A stretch of 64,000 nt of DNA from Raja brachyura. Its lineage: Eukaryota. A program made the position numbers and the translations under genes. Below the pieces are notes generated by a model that searched no databases, was not told where the DNA came from, and saw only the letters and a list, made by a program, of their open reading frames with translations. The stretch spans positions 34,782,001-34,846,000 of the forward strand of contig OY740806.1 of the NCBI GenBank assembly GCA_963514005.1, written 5' to 3'. Below are positions 12,731 through 26,715 of this stretch, piece after piece. Numbering within the stretch: position 1 is the stretch's first letter; each line of letters opens with the position of its first letter.

Positions 12731-13694
12731 TTCAGTTTTAATTCCCTCTAAAATTTGTAGCAAGGCACAGTTCTCCCAGATATGTACGTAACAAAGGCCC
12801 CCTTTGATCAACCTAAAACTCCATATTAACTCCTCACCCGTTCATAAATAGTCTTAAAGGGACTCTGATATAAACCTACTCCAGGTTCTCCATTTTTGAA
12901 TTGGCTGTAGTTTAATTTATAACATGCAAGTAGTCCACATTCTGACATGTAATTCTGATTAATATATCTTTGCATTAAATTCTGAGCAACCTATGAATGA
13001 ATCAGAAGGACTTACTGAGTTCCCTACAAATGGGTCAAAAACCAGGCACATGAATTTAAGATAATTAGTTGGATTAGAGAGGTCATGAGGAAAGAGTTTT
13101 TTTTCATCCAGAAGATGAGGATGGCTTTTTGGAGAGGATTTGCAACAAGGTTTGATAAAGCTGAAAACCTATTTGTAGAGTTGGTGTTTTCTTCAGAGGC
13201 AAAAGGATATAATACAACTTTAAAATGCTGCAAGACTGAAATGGATGTTAATTGGCTTTTCAATTTTTAATTGCCTCATTTGGAGGAGTATGTTGATTAC
13301 AGGATAATGCAAGTCAGAAAGACCAGGAGTTAAAACCCCACCCTGACATTTGTGCATTTTAATTCACTTTTAAATAAAAGTAACTTGAGATTTAATTCAA
13401 ATCTGATATCAGCAATGGTTATCCACACTGCTATGCAATAGCCACGTAAGACTCGGCTCATTCACCCTGGTGTCCTATTAGGAGGGACATGTGGGTCTGT
13501 ACAGGGTATGGACTTCTACATGAGGTCCCACATTGCTGTTGCCCCAAAACTGCTCTCTGCAAAAGCACCACTGGGTTACAAACTGATAGATGACTAACCA
13601 ACATCTACAAGTCCCGTGCATGTCCATGGATCATTTGGCTTTCGCCAGCCCTCGCAGCCAACAAACACTGCCACCACCAGTGTAGATAATGGGT

Positions 13695-13890
13695 GGGAAG
13701 GAACTGCAGATGCTGGTTTACATCGAAGATGGACAAAAAATGCTGGAGTGAAGGAATGGGTGACATTTCGAGTTGAGACCCTTCTTCAGACTTCTTCCTC
13801 GAAGGATCTCGACCCGAAACGTCACCCATTCCTTCTCTCCAGAGTATGCCGCCTGTCCCACTGATTTACTCCAGCATTTTGTGTCTATCT
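13695..13890. mobile_element. Palindromic Penelope mini-insert
   Basis: Inverted arms; approximate TSD GTGTAGAT.A..GTGG. Confidence 0.7.
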
Positions 13891-14552
13891 GTGTAGATTA
13901 CGTGGATCAGCCTCACAGTTAAACATACAGAGAAAGGAAAGTGGGTAAACTGGCATCCATCTTGTCCCTTCAGGTTGCAGCCAGATGATAACATCGTTCG
14001 AGCTCTATTTTGAGCTAATCCACTGTAATCTACAATAGAATTTATTTTGCACTGATTGACCGCTTATACATGCTGGTGCTTTGAATCTAGCTGAAACAGC
14101 TGGGAAAGGGCAAGGTCTGTTGTGTGCAGTGAAATTCATGTAAGCAACTCCTATCTGAACTTATGACATGGAATGCAATCTTGGAACGATAGAATCCATT
14201 GTTCAATGTGTCGTACTGCTCATTCTCTACTGTTCCAAGTTGGTCAAACGTCAAGAAAATGGACAGATTAATACTGACCCTTTCATGAAATCACTCACAC
14301 AGTAATGTCAGGTAGCTCTGCACTTGTTCTGAGACTTTATTTTATGCATAAGATAAGAAGCTATGTACATTGATACCCAATATATTGTATAATAATAGTG
14401 AACCTTGCATATTATATTTTAATCCTACTGTACGTAATGGAATAATACAATATGTTACTGTATAAAAATGTGTAGTATGCATTATCTTGGGTTAAATTAC
14501 ATTTTGTGTTATAGCAATATGATTCAAAGGAATCACATGGAATTGGAATCGG

Positions 14553-14722
14553 TTCATAGGTTCTAGGAGTGGTATTAGGCCAATCGGCCCATCACGTTTT
14601 CCCCGCCATTCAATTATGACTGACCTATGTTTCCCTCTGAACCCCCATTCCCCATAACCCCTGACTCCCTTACCAATCAAGAACCTATCAATCTCTTCCT
14701 TAAAAATATCCATTGACTTGGC
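14553..14722 (-). mobile_element. CR1 LINE 3' end
   Basis: The ORF track shows DIFKEEIDRFLIGKGVRGYGE, the CR1 ORF2 C-terminus. Confidence 0.75.
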
Positions 14723-15596
14723 CTTCTGCTTGGCAAGTTCATTAAATCATTGGTGGAAGAGATGTGAAGGGCTGAATGGTGTCCATTTCTATGATGTGAA
14801 ATCAGGCTCTGAACACATGAGGCACTCATTGATGTTGTCATTAATGTGTGATGTTGTCGACAGCTTAGGAGGAAGACCAGAGGAGAAGAGGGCTTGAGGA
14901 AGGATGACAAAGATGAAGAGAGGATTCCATCATGATGCAGGTAAGATTATTAATGTTCCACAGGAGGTCAATTAATTCTACGTTGCCAAATTGGGCAGGA
15001 CAACGTGAGAAATGAGGACAAAGTCAATAGGCTATGGCATATAGATATAGGTGATATTTGAAGCATTATTATATAATATAAAATGGTAGGAGAGAAATAT
15101 TTGGAGCAATTTTCTGAAGGATGAGCTGATAATGTCAATCATCCACTTGGACAAAGGCCAGTGATGAAAAGACAGAAGGATTGGAGAGCTCCGTGTCTGC
15201 GGGTGGGAATGAGCAATGGATGATGAAGAATCTGGAAGCTTGTGACAAGTGGTGTCTCCCCATACGCCACTACTTGAAGTCTTTAACTATTATGCAGGTT
15301 AATTGGAACATGATTAGGAGCTTGATCTGATACAACCGTTAAATAGCAGAGACAGAGAGAGCTATCATTAAAGTAAAGCATAATATAACGTCTTGTTAAA
15401 ATGGGCTCTTGGATAGTTACCTTCCCACCTGATTGATCATTGGGTAATACGTATTATTCTGCATCAGGTCATCCCACAGAAACTTGAGTGCATAATCCAG
15501 GCTACTGTCTTGTGCAGTGCTTAGAAACACACCGTCAGAGGTACAGTCCTCTAGATGTCTTGTTGAGCCTACCCTCTCTTTTGATTCATATGAAAG

Positions 15597-15745
15597 TTAG
15601 ATAGAGCTCTAGGGGCTAGTGGCATCGAGGGATATGGGGAGAAGGCAGGCAGGGGTTATTGATTGGGGACGATCAGCCATGATCACAATGAATGGCGGTA
15701 CTGGCTCAAAGGGCCGAATGGCCTACTCCTGCACCTATTTTCTAT
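15597..15745 (+). mobile_element. CR1 LINE 3' end
   Basis: ..GGGATATGGGGAGAAGGCAGG..GGGCCGAATGGCCTACTCCTGCACCTATTTTCTATG tail. Confidence 0.75.
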
Positions 15746-15759
15746 GTCTCTGTCTATAT

Positions 15760-16020
15760 GGTGGTAAAATATTCCATGGCACCATTTTGAGCATGGGGGG
15801 GAGGGGGAATTCTGTGTGGTATCTTGGCCAATACTGATGTCTCCAGCAGAACATCTCCCGTTCCACTGCCACAAACATCTATCAGTTTCACGGTGCTGTT
15901 TGTGGGTCTCTGGAGCGTGCAGATTGGCAGCCACGTTTCCAACATTACAACAGCGACCACATTTCTAAACTATTTCATTAGCTGAGGTCATGAAAGGTGC
16001 TACAGAAACGCAGACCTCCC
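15760..16020 (+). mobile_element. Deu-domain SINE (SacSINE1/AmnSINE-like) fragment
   Basis: GCTGTTTGTGGG..TGCAGATTGGCAGCCACGTTTCC.ACATTACAACAG core plus an L2-like tail. Confidence 0.6.
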
Positions 16021-18047
16021 TTTGCTCACTGATCCCGCCAGTGAATGCCTCCTTACTCGCATTTATAAAAGATCACTTTTCTCTCATTGCCGTTTGACTC
16101 ACTTTTACCAAATCTCGTTTCTCCAGAATACTCAGTCCATTGGTTTCCCTAAACACGGGGCAAGACACGATGAATTGGTGTTGTTTCTTTACACTAGGGG
16201 GGCATCTATGGGCTGACATTATAGTTTTAAGAAACTCTGCTGTGTTCCCACTTTTGCTACCAGCTCGGGCCTCAGCACCATTGGGAGCGGGCGGGGACAC
16301 CATTCCTCCTCTCCACCACATGTTGGAAAATTCCATGTTTTGAGCTATTTGCATGTGAATACGCACGCATTCAATAATCCAACAGCCTTGCCTTCACCCA
16401 GCTATAACACGTGGGGGCCATCCAGAGCCAAAGCCAATGAATGCATGATCTGCATGAATAAAGCTATTAACAAATTGAAGAGGAAGTTTATTGCTCAGAG
16501 GATGGTTAGAAGATGGAAATGGCTATCACAGAAGCATTTCTTCTCTTTTGCTTAAGCAGTCCCTCGGGATCAAAGATGACTTGCTTCCACTCCAGCCTTG
16601 AGGATTGGAAGGTGCAATCTTGCAACGTGGCGATTGGTGTACACCAGCCAGCACATAGCATTGACAGACCAAAGACCTGGGCCATTGGTAAGGAGATCCA
16701 AAATGACTGCAAAACATCTGCTGCATGGATTCAGATTCAGATCAAATGTATCTCTCTATCTCTATCTCTACCTCTATCTCTCTATCTCCCTCTCTTTTTT
16801 TCCTTTCTCTCCTTTTCTCTCCATGCATCAGTAACTTCTCTCACAGTCTCTTAACCATGTCCACTTCCTAACTTTTCTCCACGGTCTATGCCCTCCCTTG
16901 GTTTCCTTCTCTCTTCAACTTCACTCACCCTATTCCCTCTTAAGCATTTTCCCCTTCCCTTTCCCTTTCAATTCTCTTGCTCTCCTCCCCTAATCTCCAG
17001 CTGTGATCTGCTTGCTGCCTCTCCCACCTTCCATCATTGCTAGGGCTTACCCTCTGCGGAATAGTTGCTGACTGCCCTTCCCTCACCATCCGATCCCCAC
17101 CTTGGTCCCAGGGAGCAGGGCTGCCCAAAGCCGGTTTCCTACGTTAGATCTCTCCCAGAAAACCTTGAGAGAATCTTCCACCACCAGCCTGGTGTTGCTT
17201 GGCATTGGCAGCTCAGTTTCCCCGTGGGCTGTGGGCAGGCTCGTGGGTTTTGGTGTAAGGTTTCCTAGACAATGGAGACAGATTCAACCTGAACCTGGAA
17301 GCCACTCACTCAGTCACTCCCATCGCTCGGCATATGCAATGACACTAAACTCACGGGGCCTCCTGCATTGGCCCAGACTCATAGGGACTCTCTTCCATAC
17401 TATCCTGGTCACCTAGGTTTAGAGGTCATGTGAGAACGACAGAGGGCCTAAGAAGTTGAAGATGCGTTTTGATGTTCACAAGAAAATAGGAACAGGAGCA
17501 GACCTGGCTCGTCAAACCTGTCGTGTTGATCAATGCCACCATGGCTGATCTGCCCCAGGCCTCAATTTCTTTGCTGCGCTGGTTTCATATATCCCCCAGA
17601 TACAAACTCACTGCACAATGCATTACATGCAACTGGATACAAGATAAATAGGCAGAACAGGACATTGCTGAATAGGTTTGATAAAGAGCTTTTGTGGAAT
17701 TAAATTGTGACCCATTTCTGGACTGTAAGTTCTATGTCATTACATGAAGACAGGTGACCTGGGCAACGTACCAGAGGAATGTCAACAGTCATAAAAAAAA
17801 CATCCCCTCAGGGATAAACATCTACCTGAAAGAGGAAGAATTTCATTAGAAAATAAATTAAACAACTCTTCCTATTTTGTAGTTCTGATGTTCCTATCTA
17901 TTTCTTCAGACACTCAAACTTGTGCTGTGCTGATTCTTCTCAGAATGTCAAGGAATAAGCCAAACCATCTACAAAAATATGGAAATGTGCTGAGTGGTAG
18001 CAATGGTGAGTCTTATTTTATTTTGCAAGAAAACAGCAGGTATTTTC

Positions 18048-18328
18048 AATAGACAATAGGTGCAGGAGTAGGCCATTCGGCCCTTCGAGCCAACACCGCT
18101 ATTCAATGTGATCATAGCTGATCATCCCCAATCAGTACCCCGTTCTTGCCTTCTCCCCATATCCCCTGACTCCGCTATTTTTAAGAGCCCTGTCTAGCTC
18201 TCTCTTGAAAGCATCCAGAGAACTGGTCTCCACCGCCCTCTGAGGCAGAGAATTCCACAAACTCACCACTCTCTGTGAGAAAAAGTGTTTCCTCGTCTCC
18301 GTTGTGAATGGCTTACTCCTTATTCTTA
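18048..18328 (-). mobile_element. Young CR1 LINE 3' end
   Basis: ORF 18132-18341(-): RKHFFSQRVVSLWNSLPQRAVETSSLDAFKRELDRALKNSGVRGYGEKA. Confidence 0.85.
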
Positions 18329-19944
18329 CTCCTCGGACCATATTCAGATTCCATGCCTGAACATAGTTATGACTCTCGCTGTCAACGCTCCAGCATTGCC
18401 ACTCAGTGTCCAGGCATTATGACATGTTTTGCTACTTTCCTTGAACAATTAAAAATGAAAGGATGAAAATATTGGAGGTCAAATAAATGGTTTAATAGGA
18501 TAGGGTCAAAAGAGTCAAGAGTCAAGAGTTTTATTGTCATATGTCCCGGATGGGATAATGAAATATATATATATGTAAACATTGTATATAAGGGGGGGAA
18601 GAGAAAAAAAATGAAAAAGTTCAATAAATAACAAATATAGTGCCATAATAATAGTATTTTGCCGGTGAGAGATGATGTGACAACATCTCCAGTAAATTGT
18701 TCAAAATTGGCCACACCTTACCCATTGCAGTGGCTTTTTGAAAATCCACTGACAACCTTAAACTTTGCAACATCAATTAAAAAATAAGGTCAAACTAATT
18801 GCGGCTCAAAGAATGATCAGTTTCTGCAAGAACATATGCTTCCACCATTGGGCTCCCATTTCATTGTCTATCCACCTTTGTGGTCGCAGACTGAGGCTGG
18901 AACAGACTGTTCGTAATCCCGTGTCCTACTTTCCTGCAGGATCATTTTCCAATCCCACTTTACCTTTAAGTCGGCTTATTTCTCAGACCCATCTCTATCT
19001 CAGCGAAAGTTCTCATTTTCGGACTTCAAAGCCCTCGGAAGTTCAAAGCCCTCCTCACCAGTCCCCCCCTTCTCACCCTTTTTTTGTGTTTTTTTTATTT
19101 TGTTATTTATTATGATTACATATTCTGTTGTGCTGCAGGTAAGAATTTCATTGTTCTATCTGGGACATATGACAATAAAACACTCTTAACTCTTGACATC
19201 CTCTTCCAAGACTCTGTGATTTAACTCAAACTGAGTCTCATTCATTTATATTACTTCCTAGTCTCGTGTGTTTTCAAATCGATTCAGAGTCTTCTTCCAA
19301 TCGATGCAACCTTCTCCAGTGTGACAAACATTCAGCTCCTCTGATTCTCATCTCTTCTGTGTACATGCCCTGACAGATGTACCTTTTGATACCTAGGATT
19401 CTGGAGATATTTCCCAAAACCTCATGAACTGCCAACCACAATCTCATTCTTTATTTTGCTCTCAAAACCTGCCACTTTTGGCAAACCTTTGCTCACTTGC
19501 TCTAATGCTTCCAAAAGTAACTCTGACTTATTTTGAATGAGACTTCTGTGAAGTATCATGGAACATTTCACTGCCCAAAAGGCCCAATAAGATGATGTTG
19601 ATTCTGGATGTAGGAAAAGGAATTGTCACTTGAATGTCAGACAGTCTCTGGGCAAACCGATGAGCAGCTTCATAGCTGCCAACCATGTTTAGTTTTCCAA
19701 TGGCCAGTATCTTTTTTCCCCAGATGTTGTGGGTCGAGGTAAAAAACAAAGGTCAAAGGTTATGATAACTATTCAGGCTAAATGTGGCCAATTGAGTGGA
19801 GCAGTAGCCATAGTGAAAAATTGAGAGATGACAAAGGAATTATCAGTACGGTAAAACTCCCAGAAATATGCGTTAAAATAGTATCGTACATTTCCTTATC
19901 CAATAAATCATATTACGGTAGAAATATGAAACTGATCAGTCTGT

Positions 19945-20225
19945 CTTTAGATACAGCGCGAAAACAGGCCCTTCAACCCCCCGAGTCCGCCCGACCAGCA
20001 ATCACCCCGTACAGTAGCACCATCCTACACACTGAGGACAATTTACAATTTTTACTGAAGCCAATGTACGCCTTTGGAGTGTGCGAGGAAACCGGAGCAC
20101 CCGGAGAAAACCCACGCAGTCACGGGGAGAATGTACTAACTCCGTCCAAGCAGCGCCCGTAGTCAGGATGGAACCCGGGTCTCTGGCGCTGTAAGGCAGC
20201 AACTCTACCGCTGTGCCGCCGTGTC
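19945..20225 (-). mobile_element. HE1-like V-SINE, near full length
   Basis: tRNA head with A-box (GGCACAGCGGTAGAG) and B-box (GGTTCCATCC), V-domain GGGTTTTCTCCGGGTGCTCCGGTTTCCTC, CR1-derived tail. Confidence 0.85.
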
Positions 20226-20623
20226 TGGTGCAAGCACGTTGACTCTTTGAAAGAGCTGCACAATTCGTCATGCGTTGCAGCACTTTCACCCTAACTTTAC
20301 AAATTATTCCTGTACAGATGCACAAACCCAGGTACATTGGTGGGCCATTGACAGCACCAAAATGTCAAGAGGTCAAAACACGAATGTTCTCCAACAATGG
20401 GAAATTATCGTCAAACCGCAGTGTTATTGTAGCCACTCGACCCAAACTGTGGACCCTGAAGTCAGCCTTTGCATTCTGCCCTCCATTAATGGAGGGAAAG
20501 CAGGTGACACAAATTCTCTCCTGCAGTGTTTTGAGTGGTTATGAGAACTCCGTATCTGCCAAACCTAAGAAATCAATGTGTTTTGTTTAAACTCCTGTTA
20601 AATTTGTTTCAACAGCACCTTGA

Positions 20624-22046
20624 GACGATGTGTTCCAGCTGCAACATGAGAAAACCACTTCATTCCCCTCATTCCTTTACTGTTTAGTTTGACCTGTAAC
20701 CGCTGGTTACCAAATATTTGCCAAAAGAAACAGTTCCTGGCTCCTTAGTGTAGGAAAACTCTCCATGATAGGCTCCTGTTCTATTGCATTTGATGGGCAA
20801 GAGTATTTGGCCCATGGGATTGGGCCAAATCCATCCAACCTGCCCTCAGTATGCAACAGGTTCCTTCAAACTCAGTGCCCCGCATATCCCCACACCTCCA
20901 CTTCACCAAGCCCCCTCATATGCAGCACTAACAAGATGACTGGTGGACATCCAGCAAGAGCAGTAGATTCATCCAGAAAATGCAACCCCCCCCCACACAC
21001 ACCTCCAGAAATCATTTGACTGGTAGTTAGGTCATAAAAAGGGATCAGAATTAGGCCATTCAGCCCATCAAAACTACTCCGCCATTCAATCATGGCTGAT
21101 CTATCTCTCCCTCCTAACCCCATTCCCCCCATAACCTCTGACACCCATATGGGATAGAATGTTTGTATCTCTAACATTTGCAAATTTCCCAAACGTATTC
21201 CAAGACTATTAAAAGCTAAGCATCTTGTTAAAAATTTAAAGATCCATGAAAAAGAATCAAAATACTTTTTAAAAAATCAAATATTATTTGGTAAAAAACA
21301 TTAAATGTAACTAAATTAATTTGAAAATGTCAATGATTACAAACATGCCTACCTCCCCATGGTCATTGTTGAAAACAATGATATCCTGTACTTAAAGCCC
21401 TTTATGCAGAGGGAAATATCCCATACCCTGAAGATGCTGGAGTAACTCAGCGGGACAGGCAGCATCCATGGATCTCCAGAAATGCCCATAGCTACTCCTT
21501 GGACTTGGAGGAAATGGAAGGAGTCAAAGGAAAAGTTGTTGAGGATGAGAACCAGCAGAGGACTAGGCAGAGTAGAGTGTTAGTAGAGGGAAATTGGATG
21601 GTTCTGCGATTGAGGAATGCCCTACCATTATTAGTCATTTCCAAATATGCCCACATAGGGTCCTCTGCTTGTAGGTTAGTTCAGATGATAATATATCCCC
21701 ACGTTGGTTCTCGTATGTTCTTCAGTTTATGTTACCCTGTTGCTGGAAGGGGAACATAAGGATAACATGACATAAGGGTAAGATGGTTGGTGAAGTGGAG
21801 ATGTGGGGATGTGCGGGGCATTGAGTTTGGAGGAACCTGCTGCATACTGAGGGCAGGTTGGATGGAAGGATCCCATGGGCCAAAGACTTTAGGCCCATGG
21901 GATCCTTCATCAAATGGAATTGAAGAGGAGAGTTTTGATACATTATGGAGCCAGCAACTGTTTCTTTGTGGTAACAAGTCAAACTAACAGTAAAGGAATG
22001 AGGAGAATGAAGAGGTTTTCTCATGTTGCAGCTGGAATATAATGTT
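20624..22046. repeat. Long diverged inverted repeat: arms about 20624-20909 and 21787-22046
   Basis: For example TCCATCCAACCTGCCCTCAGTATGCA.CAGGTTCCT.CAAACTCA.TGCCCCGCA and TTCCAGCTGCAACATGAGAAAACC are mirrored on the opposite strand. Confidence 0.85.
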
Positions 22047-22071
22047 ACCCCCCCCCCCCCCCCCTCGTCCA

Positions 22072-22105
<34 letters not shown>

Positions 22106-23059
22106 AAAAGGCAGGATCAATGTGGCATCCCATTCCTTCCCTGGCCCAATGGAGTTGTTACTGTCACACTAATGTATTCTGTCTACAGGATGCCACAACA
22201 ACCAAGTGCAGAGTGCTCTAAATCTATTACCTTCATCACCAAGGCGGACAGGAGCAGCAACTGCACAAGAACACATCCAATTAAGTCTCACTCAGTGGTA
22301 AATCGGCCATCCCTTCCCTTGTCGCGGGTTCAATATCCTAGCACTCCCGATTCTTTTTTTTCCTGTGTTTTGGGAGCACGTTCATCATATGGACCGCAAG
22401 AGTTCAAAAATGCACAGCTCCACCGCCTTCTTAAGGGCAGCTAGGAATTAACGATGATGGCAGGCATCACATCCTGGAGAATAAAAACATGAAGATCCTG
22501 CTCCTTCTTGGCGAGCGTCCGATGGTGCCTTCAATGTTCTGCAATTATGGGCTCATCTTATTTGTTATTGACACTGGCTGTACTGGAAGGGATTTGATGC
22601 CTTGGCATTCATGGTGCATGCAAGGAAAGTATATTTGGAAATTCATATTCCAACATGAGATTCGGCCAGGTATTTTTACAGAACGAAAATGCTGCGTTGG
22701 CAACATTTTCCATGTTGGAAAGGACAGGAAGAACAGTTAATCTTCCCCGTGTTTCCATTCTGCTCACTCCCATCATTCCAGCCGATCACATATTCAGTAA
22801 TTAAACAGCATCACATTAACGAATGGTGCTGCTGTTTCTCAGGATAGTCATTTTAATCCACTTTTACCATTGACGTCAAGTGGAGGTAATGTTGAATAGA
22901 TGTAAAATAGGTAGTTATATCCAAACGTGAGTAAGATCAGGCAAGGTGTAAATCTGGACTATCTAGCAAAACGTGCCCTAATTCAACTTGCTGAAAAGTT
23001 AAAAAGTTTCCATTGGTTTCTGCAGAGTTTGAACATATAATTGAGTTACGGGGGCACAC

Positions 23060-23260
23060 AATTAGTTCGGTTTAGTTTATTGTCACATGTACTGAGGTAC
23101 AGTGGAAAGCTTTTGTTGCAGGCTAACCAGTCAGCGGAAAGACAATACATGATTACAATTGAGCCATTTATAGGGCACAGATACATGATAAGGGAATAAC
23201 GTTTGATGCAAGGTAAAGCCAGCAAAGTCCGATCAAGGATAGTCAGAGGGTCACAAAAGG
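23060..23260 (-). mobile_element. LINE 3' UTR fragment (same family as 63925-64000)
   Basis: TTTAGTTTATTGT..GTAC.GAGGTACAGTG.AAAGCT shared by both copies. Confidence 0.6.
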
Positions 23261-24610
23261 TACAACTATCTGCCTGTTGCTGTTCTGAGTTGGATGTCAC
23301 TATAATAACATGTTCTTATTCCGTGCTCTAGTGTGCGTGTTAGTGTAAAGCCCTTGCACTCATTTATTCTGCCATGTACACTAATTAGCCCACAGCACCT
23401 GAGTGCACTACATGCCTTATGGTCATTGTGCCTGGTGAATATGCAGCCAGCCGTCTATCCTCGCTGCTTTCTTTCATCTAATTAGAGACTTTGATGGCCA
23501 CTCGCATATCTTACAAAGCCCTCTAGGACAGCAGACTTGGTGGGCTTCATTGTAAAGGAAGGATCGCGCTAAATGTGACTTTTGAGAAACAATGCATCTC
23601 ACAATCGGAATGTTTTTCTTCTTCAGAAGACGGCACTGGTGAATAGCAAATTAATCAAGTCTCACACACTAAACAACTATTTTACAGGTAATCTTCCTGG
23701 AGGAGGTCCTTCACTTCTTTGAGTGTGCCATGCCTTTTTGGTAGGTAAATGTCTGAATTGTATCTCAACTTCACTTGCCAGCCCTTGTTCCATATGCCTT
23801 GGTACCTGTACATCCTAAAAATCTATCCGTGCCCTTGGAAATTTCTCAGAGTCCACATGGAAAACTGAGTTCTAGATTCCTCTCTGTGGGGAAGAAAAAA
23901 TGTTGGCATCACATTGATAAATTAGTCTTGTTCTGGACTCTCCCAACATGGGAATGGTTTCAATACATCATCCTATTAAGTTTCTTAATTCATTATAAAG
24001 CCCTTGATTAAATCACTTCTTACAAACTGTGCTGCAATACTATTTTAACACTGCGCAGAATTGAAAACCCAAGATCAATTCTGGAACTGGCGAAGGCATT
24101 ATTAATTTGGAAATTGTTTGCATTATCAATCATTCATGGTGTCACCTCAAAACTCTGGGACAATATGGAGAATATTTATAAAAAAATTAAATCTGGGCTT
24201 CTGTCAAAAAATATTGAAATAAACAAATATTGGTTTCATATTCCTTCGCACAAGTTGGAACAATCTAATCGTGAATAGAAATTAGATTTGATTGGTGTTG
24301 CATGATAAATGCTAAACGGGACCTTGTGGCCCTCATTGTGTACTTTGATGGGTGATGGAATTATTGGTGACTGCTCTTTCCCCTTTGCTCTGCAAACCTT
24401 TCTCATTCTGTCATTTATCCAATTTTTTTTGAAAATTATAATTGAAGTTCTTTCTGCTGCCCTTTGCATGCAGATCATGATAGAAATCACTGATTTACAC
24501 TCATAGAGCTATAAAATATGACAGTACAGAAAGTGCCCATGTTGAGTCCATGTTGGCCCTCTCCTTCACAATGTAATTAAACCCACCCTGTCCTTGCCTC
24601 ATAGCCTCAC

Positions 24611-24792
24611 TATGCCACAGACGGCTGTGGAGGCCAAATCAGTGGATATTTGTACGGCAGAGATAGAGTGTCTTGAACAGTACAGGTGTCAGAGGTTATT
24701 GGGAGAAGGCAGGAGAAAGGGGTTAGGAGAAAGAGATAGATCAGCCATGGGTTGAATGGCCTATTCTACTCCTATTCCTTCTGACCATATGA
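24611..24792 (+). mobile_element. CR1 LINE 3' end
   Basis: LPQTAVEAKSVDI-like motif and CR1 tail. Confidence 0.7.
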
Positions 24793-25589
24793 CTTATTTT
24801 TCTCTGTATTTGCCACAATAACACATTTTTCCTGGCTGGTTCCTTTGCCTCTGCCAACTTGCACTTGTAACCTTGCACTTCTGCCAACCAATATTGGATA
24901 GTATTGGACGATTCAAATTAGCAGTTTTTGTCTATGTTGAAGTCAAATCATAGGTGTCAGATAGTAGGGAATTGGGGGGGGGGGGGGGGGGTGATGTGAC
25001 ATTTACCGATCTACACATTTCGACAGACAGATTAAATGTTGGATTAAATTGAATTTAGTTCCATTCAGCCCAATAATCTGGTGGGACTCAATGGGTCAGG
25101 CACCATCCATGGAAGGAAATGTACAAAAGTGTTTCATGCTGAGACCCTGCTTTACTTTGAGGAGGACTAGCTTTAACCCAATATTTAACCCATCAACATT
25201 AACCAACATTGACTTCAATGATACAAAATATGAGGCACCCCGTACAACTGAAGTTACTATTCTGGCAACTGTTTAGCATTAGAAACCGAAGAGGAATCTC
25301 TCCCTTAATATTATGCAGTGTTAACAATGCGGTAAAGGCCAACACACCCACCAGGTTTGTCCTGCTTGTCTGTAATCTGGTCTAGGCTTGCTGGGGCTGG
25401 AAGGAAAGGAATTTGGAAGAGAATCAATTGATCTCATGTCTTTGTGGGCAGCAGCATTGCCATTGATCAGTGGGCTACAGGCTAGGGGTGAATCAAACCC
25501 GGTGCAGGGGACAGATAGCAAATCAGAATGTGGAGTGATGCAAATCAACCAAGAGGATTGTCGGCATCTTCAAAGAGAGAATAAATGCT

Positions 25590-26070
25590 TGTGTGCAGGA
25601 AGGAACTGCAGATGCTGGTTTACACCAAAGATAGAACAAAGTGCTGGTCAAGCTTCTTCAGTCTCGACCCAAAATGCCACCCATTCCTGCTCTCCAGAGA
25701 TGTTGCCTGTCCCGCTGAGTTACTCCAGCATGTTGTTGTCTATGAGAATAAATGCTTCACTGTTTTTGAAACTTCTTCAAATTTAAACTACAGTTGGTAA
25801 TATTAATCCAAAGCCACTTGCACAGATCAAGATCCCACACATTCTATTATTGTGACCACTCCTCGTCCTTCATTATCATCCACATTCCTCACAGCACTCC
25901 TCATTCCCTTTGGAAATTCTGCATGATTTGTCTCAGCTATCATGCACAGCCAGTGAATGCACCTTGCAATTTCAATCTGAAGAAGGGTTTCGACCCGAAA
26001 CATTGCCTATTTCCTTCGCTCCATAGATGCTGTCGCACCCGCTGAGTTTCTCCAGCATTTTTGTCTACGT
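25590..26070. mobile_element. Two Penelope inserts: palindrome 25590-25745 and subfamily-2 copy 25975-26070
   Basis: Family consensus; the second is flanked by TTGCAATTT(C/A)AA. Confidence 0.7.
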
Positions 26071-26715
26071 TGCAATTTAAAGTTGGTTAAAGATGTGGAG
26101 ACACCTTAAGCGTAAGTCACCAGGGACTGGTGGCAGACAGAGTCCAGGGTTAAGCCATGGCGATGGGCTTCCAGCTCCCGACCTTTCTTCCTTCCTTGTT
26201 ATCCCCTACTTTGACCTCTGATGTGACTCTTTCACCCAGGCAATGCCAAGCTTGATGTTTTAAAGTGCAGCCTTATCTTCCACTGAATGCTCGTGTGGTG
26301 TAAGGACATCACTGAGGAAACAGATCAGTGTAAAGCAATGGATGTAAAAATACAAATCTTGAAATGCAGGAAACGGAGCAGACTTGCAGATGTAATGCAG
26401 TGTGATTAACCTTTAGACCACAAGCACAAAATGGAGGTCAAAAGTTTAAAACCTCAAGAAAGATAAATATTTTGAGTACAATTCTCTTACTTTAGTCGTC
26501 TGTGTCTCGCTGCCACCTCTCACTCCCGGGGTCTTGAATCAATCCATCTTTCTCACTTTCATACTTTTGTTTTTCCATTCTTTGTTTTTACTTCCTTTTT
26601 CTCTCTTTTTGCCTATTCCCCTCTCTCTCTCTCTTTCTTTTTGAGGTCGGATTCATTTTTTTAAGAAAAGGGAACTGTTAGATATGTAATATCCACGGTT
26701 CAAACAGTTGCATCA

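Noticed and set aside
20150-20225. tRNA gene
   Set aside because: The A/B boxes belong to a V-SINE head; it continues into SINE body rather than completing a cloverleaf with terminator.
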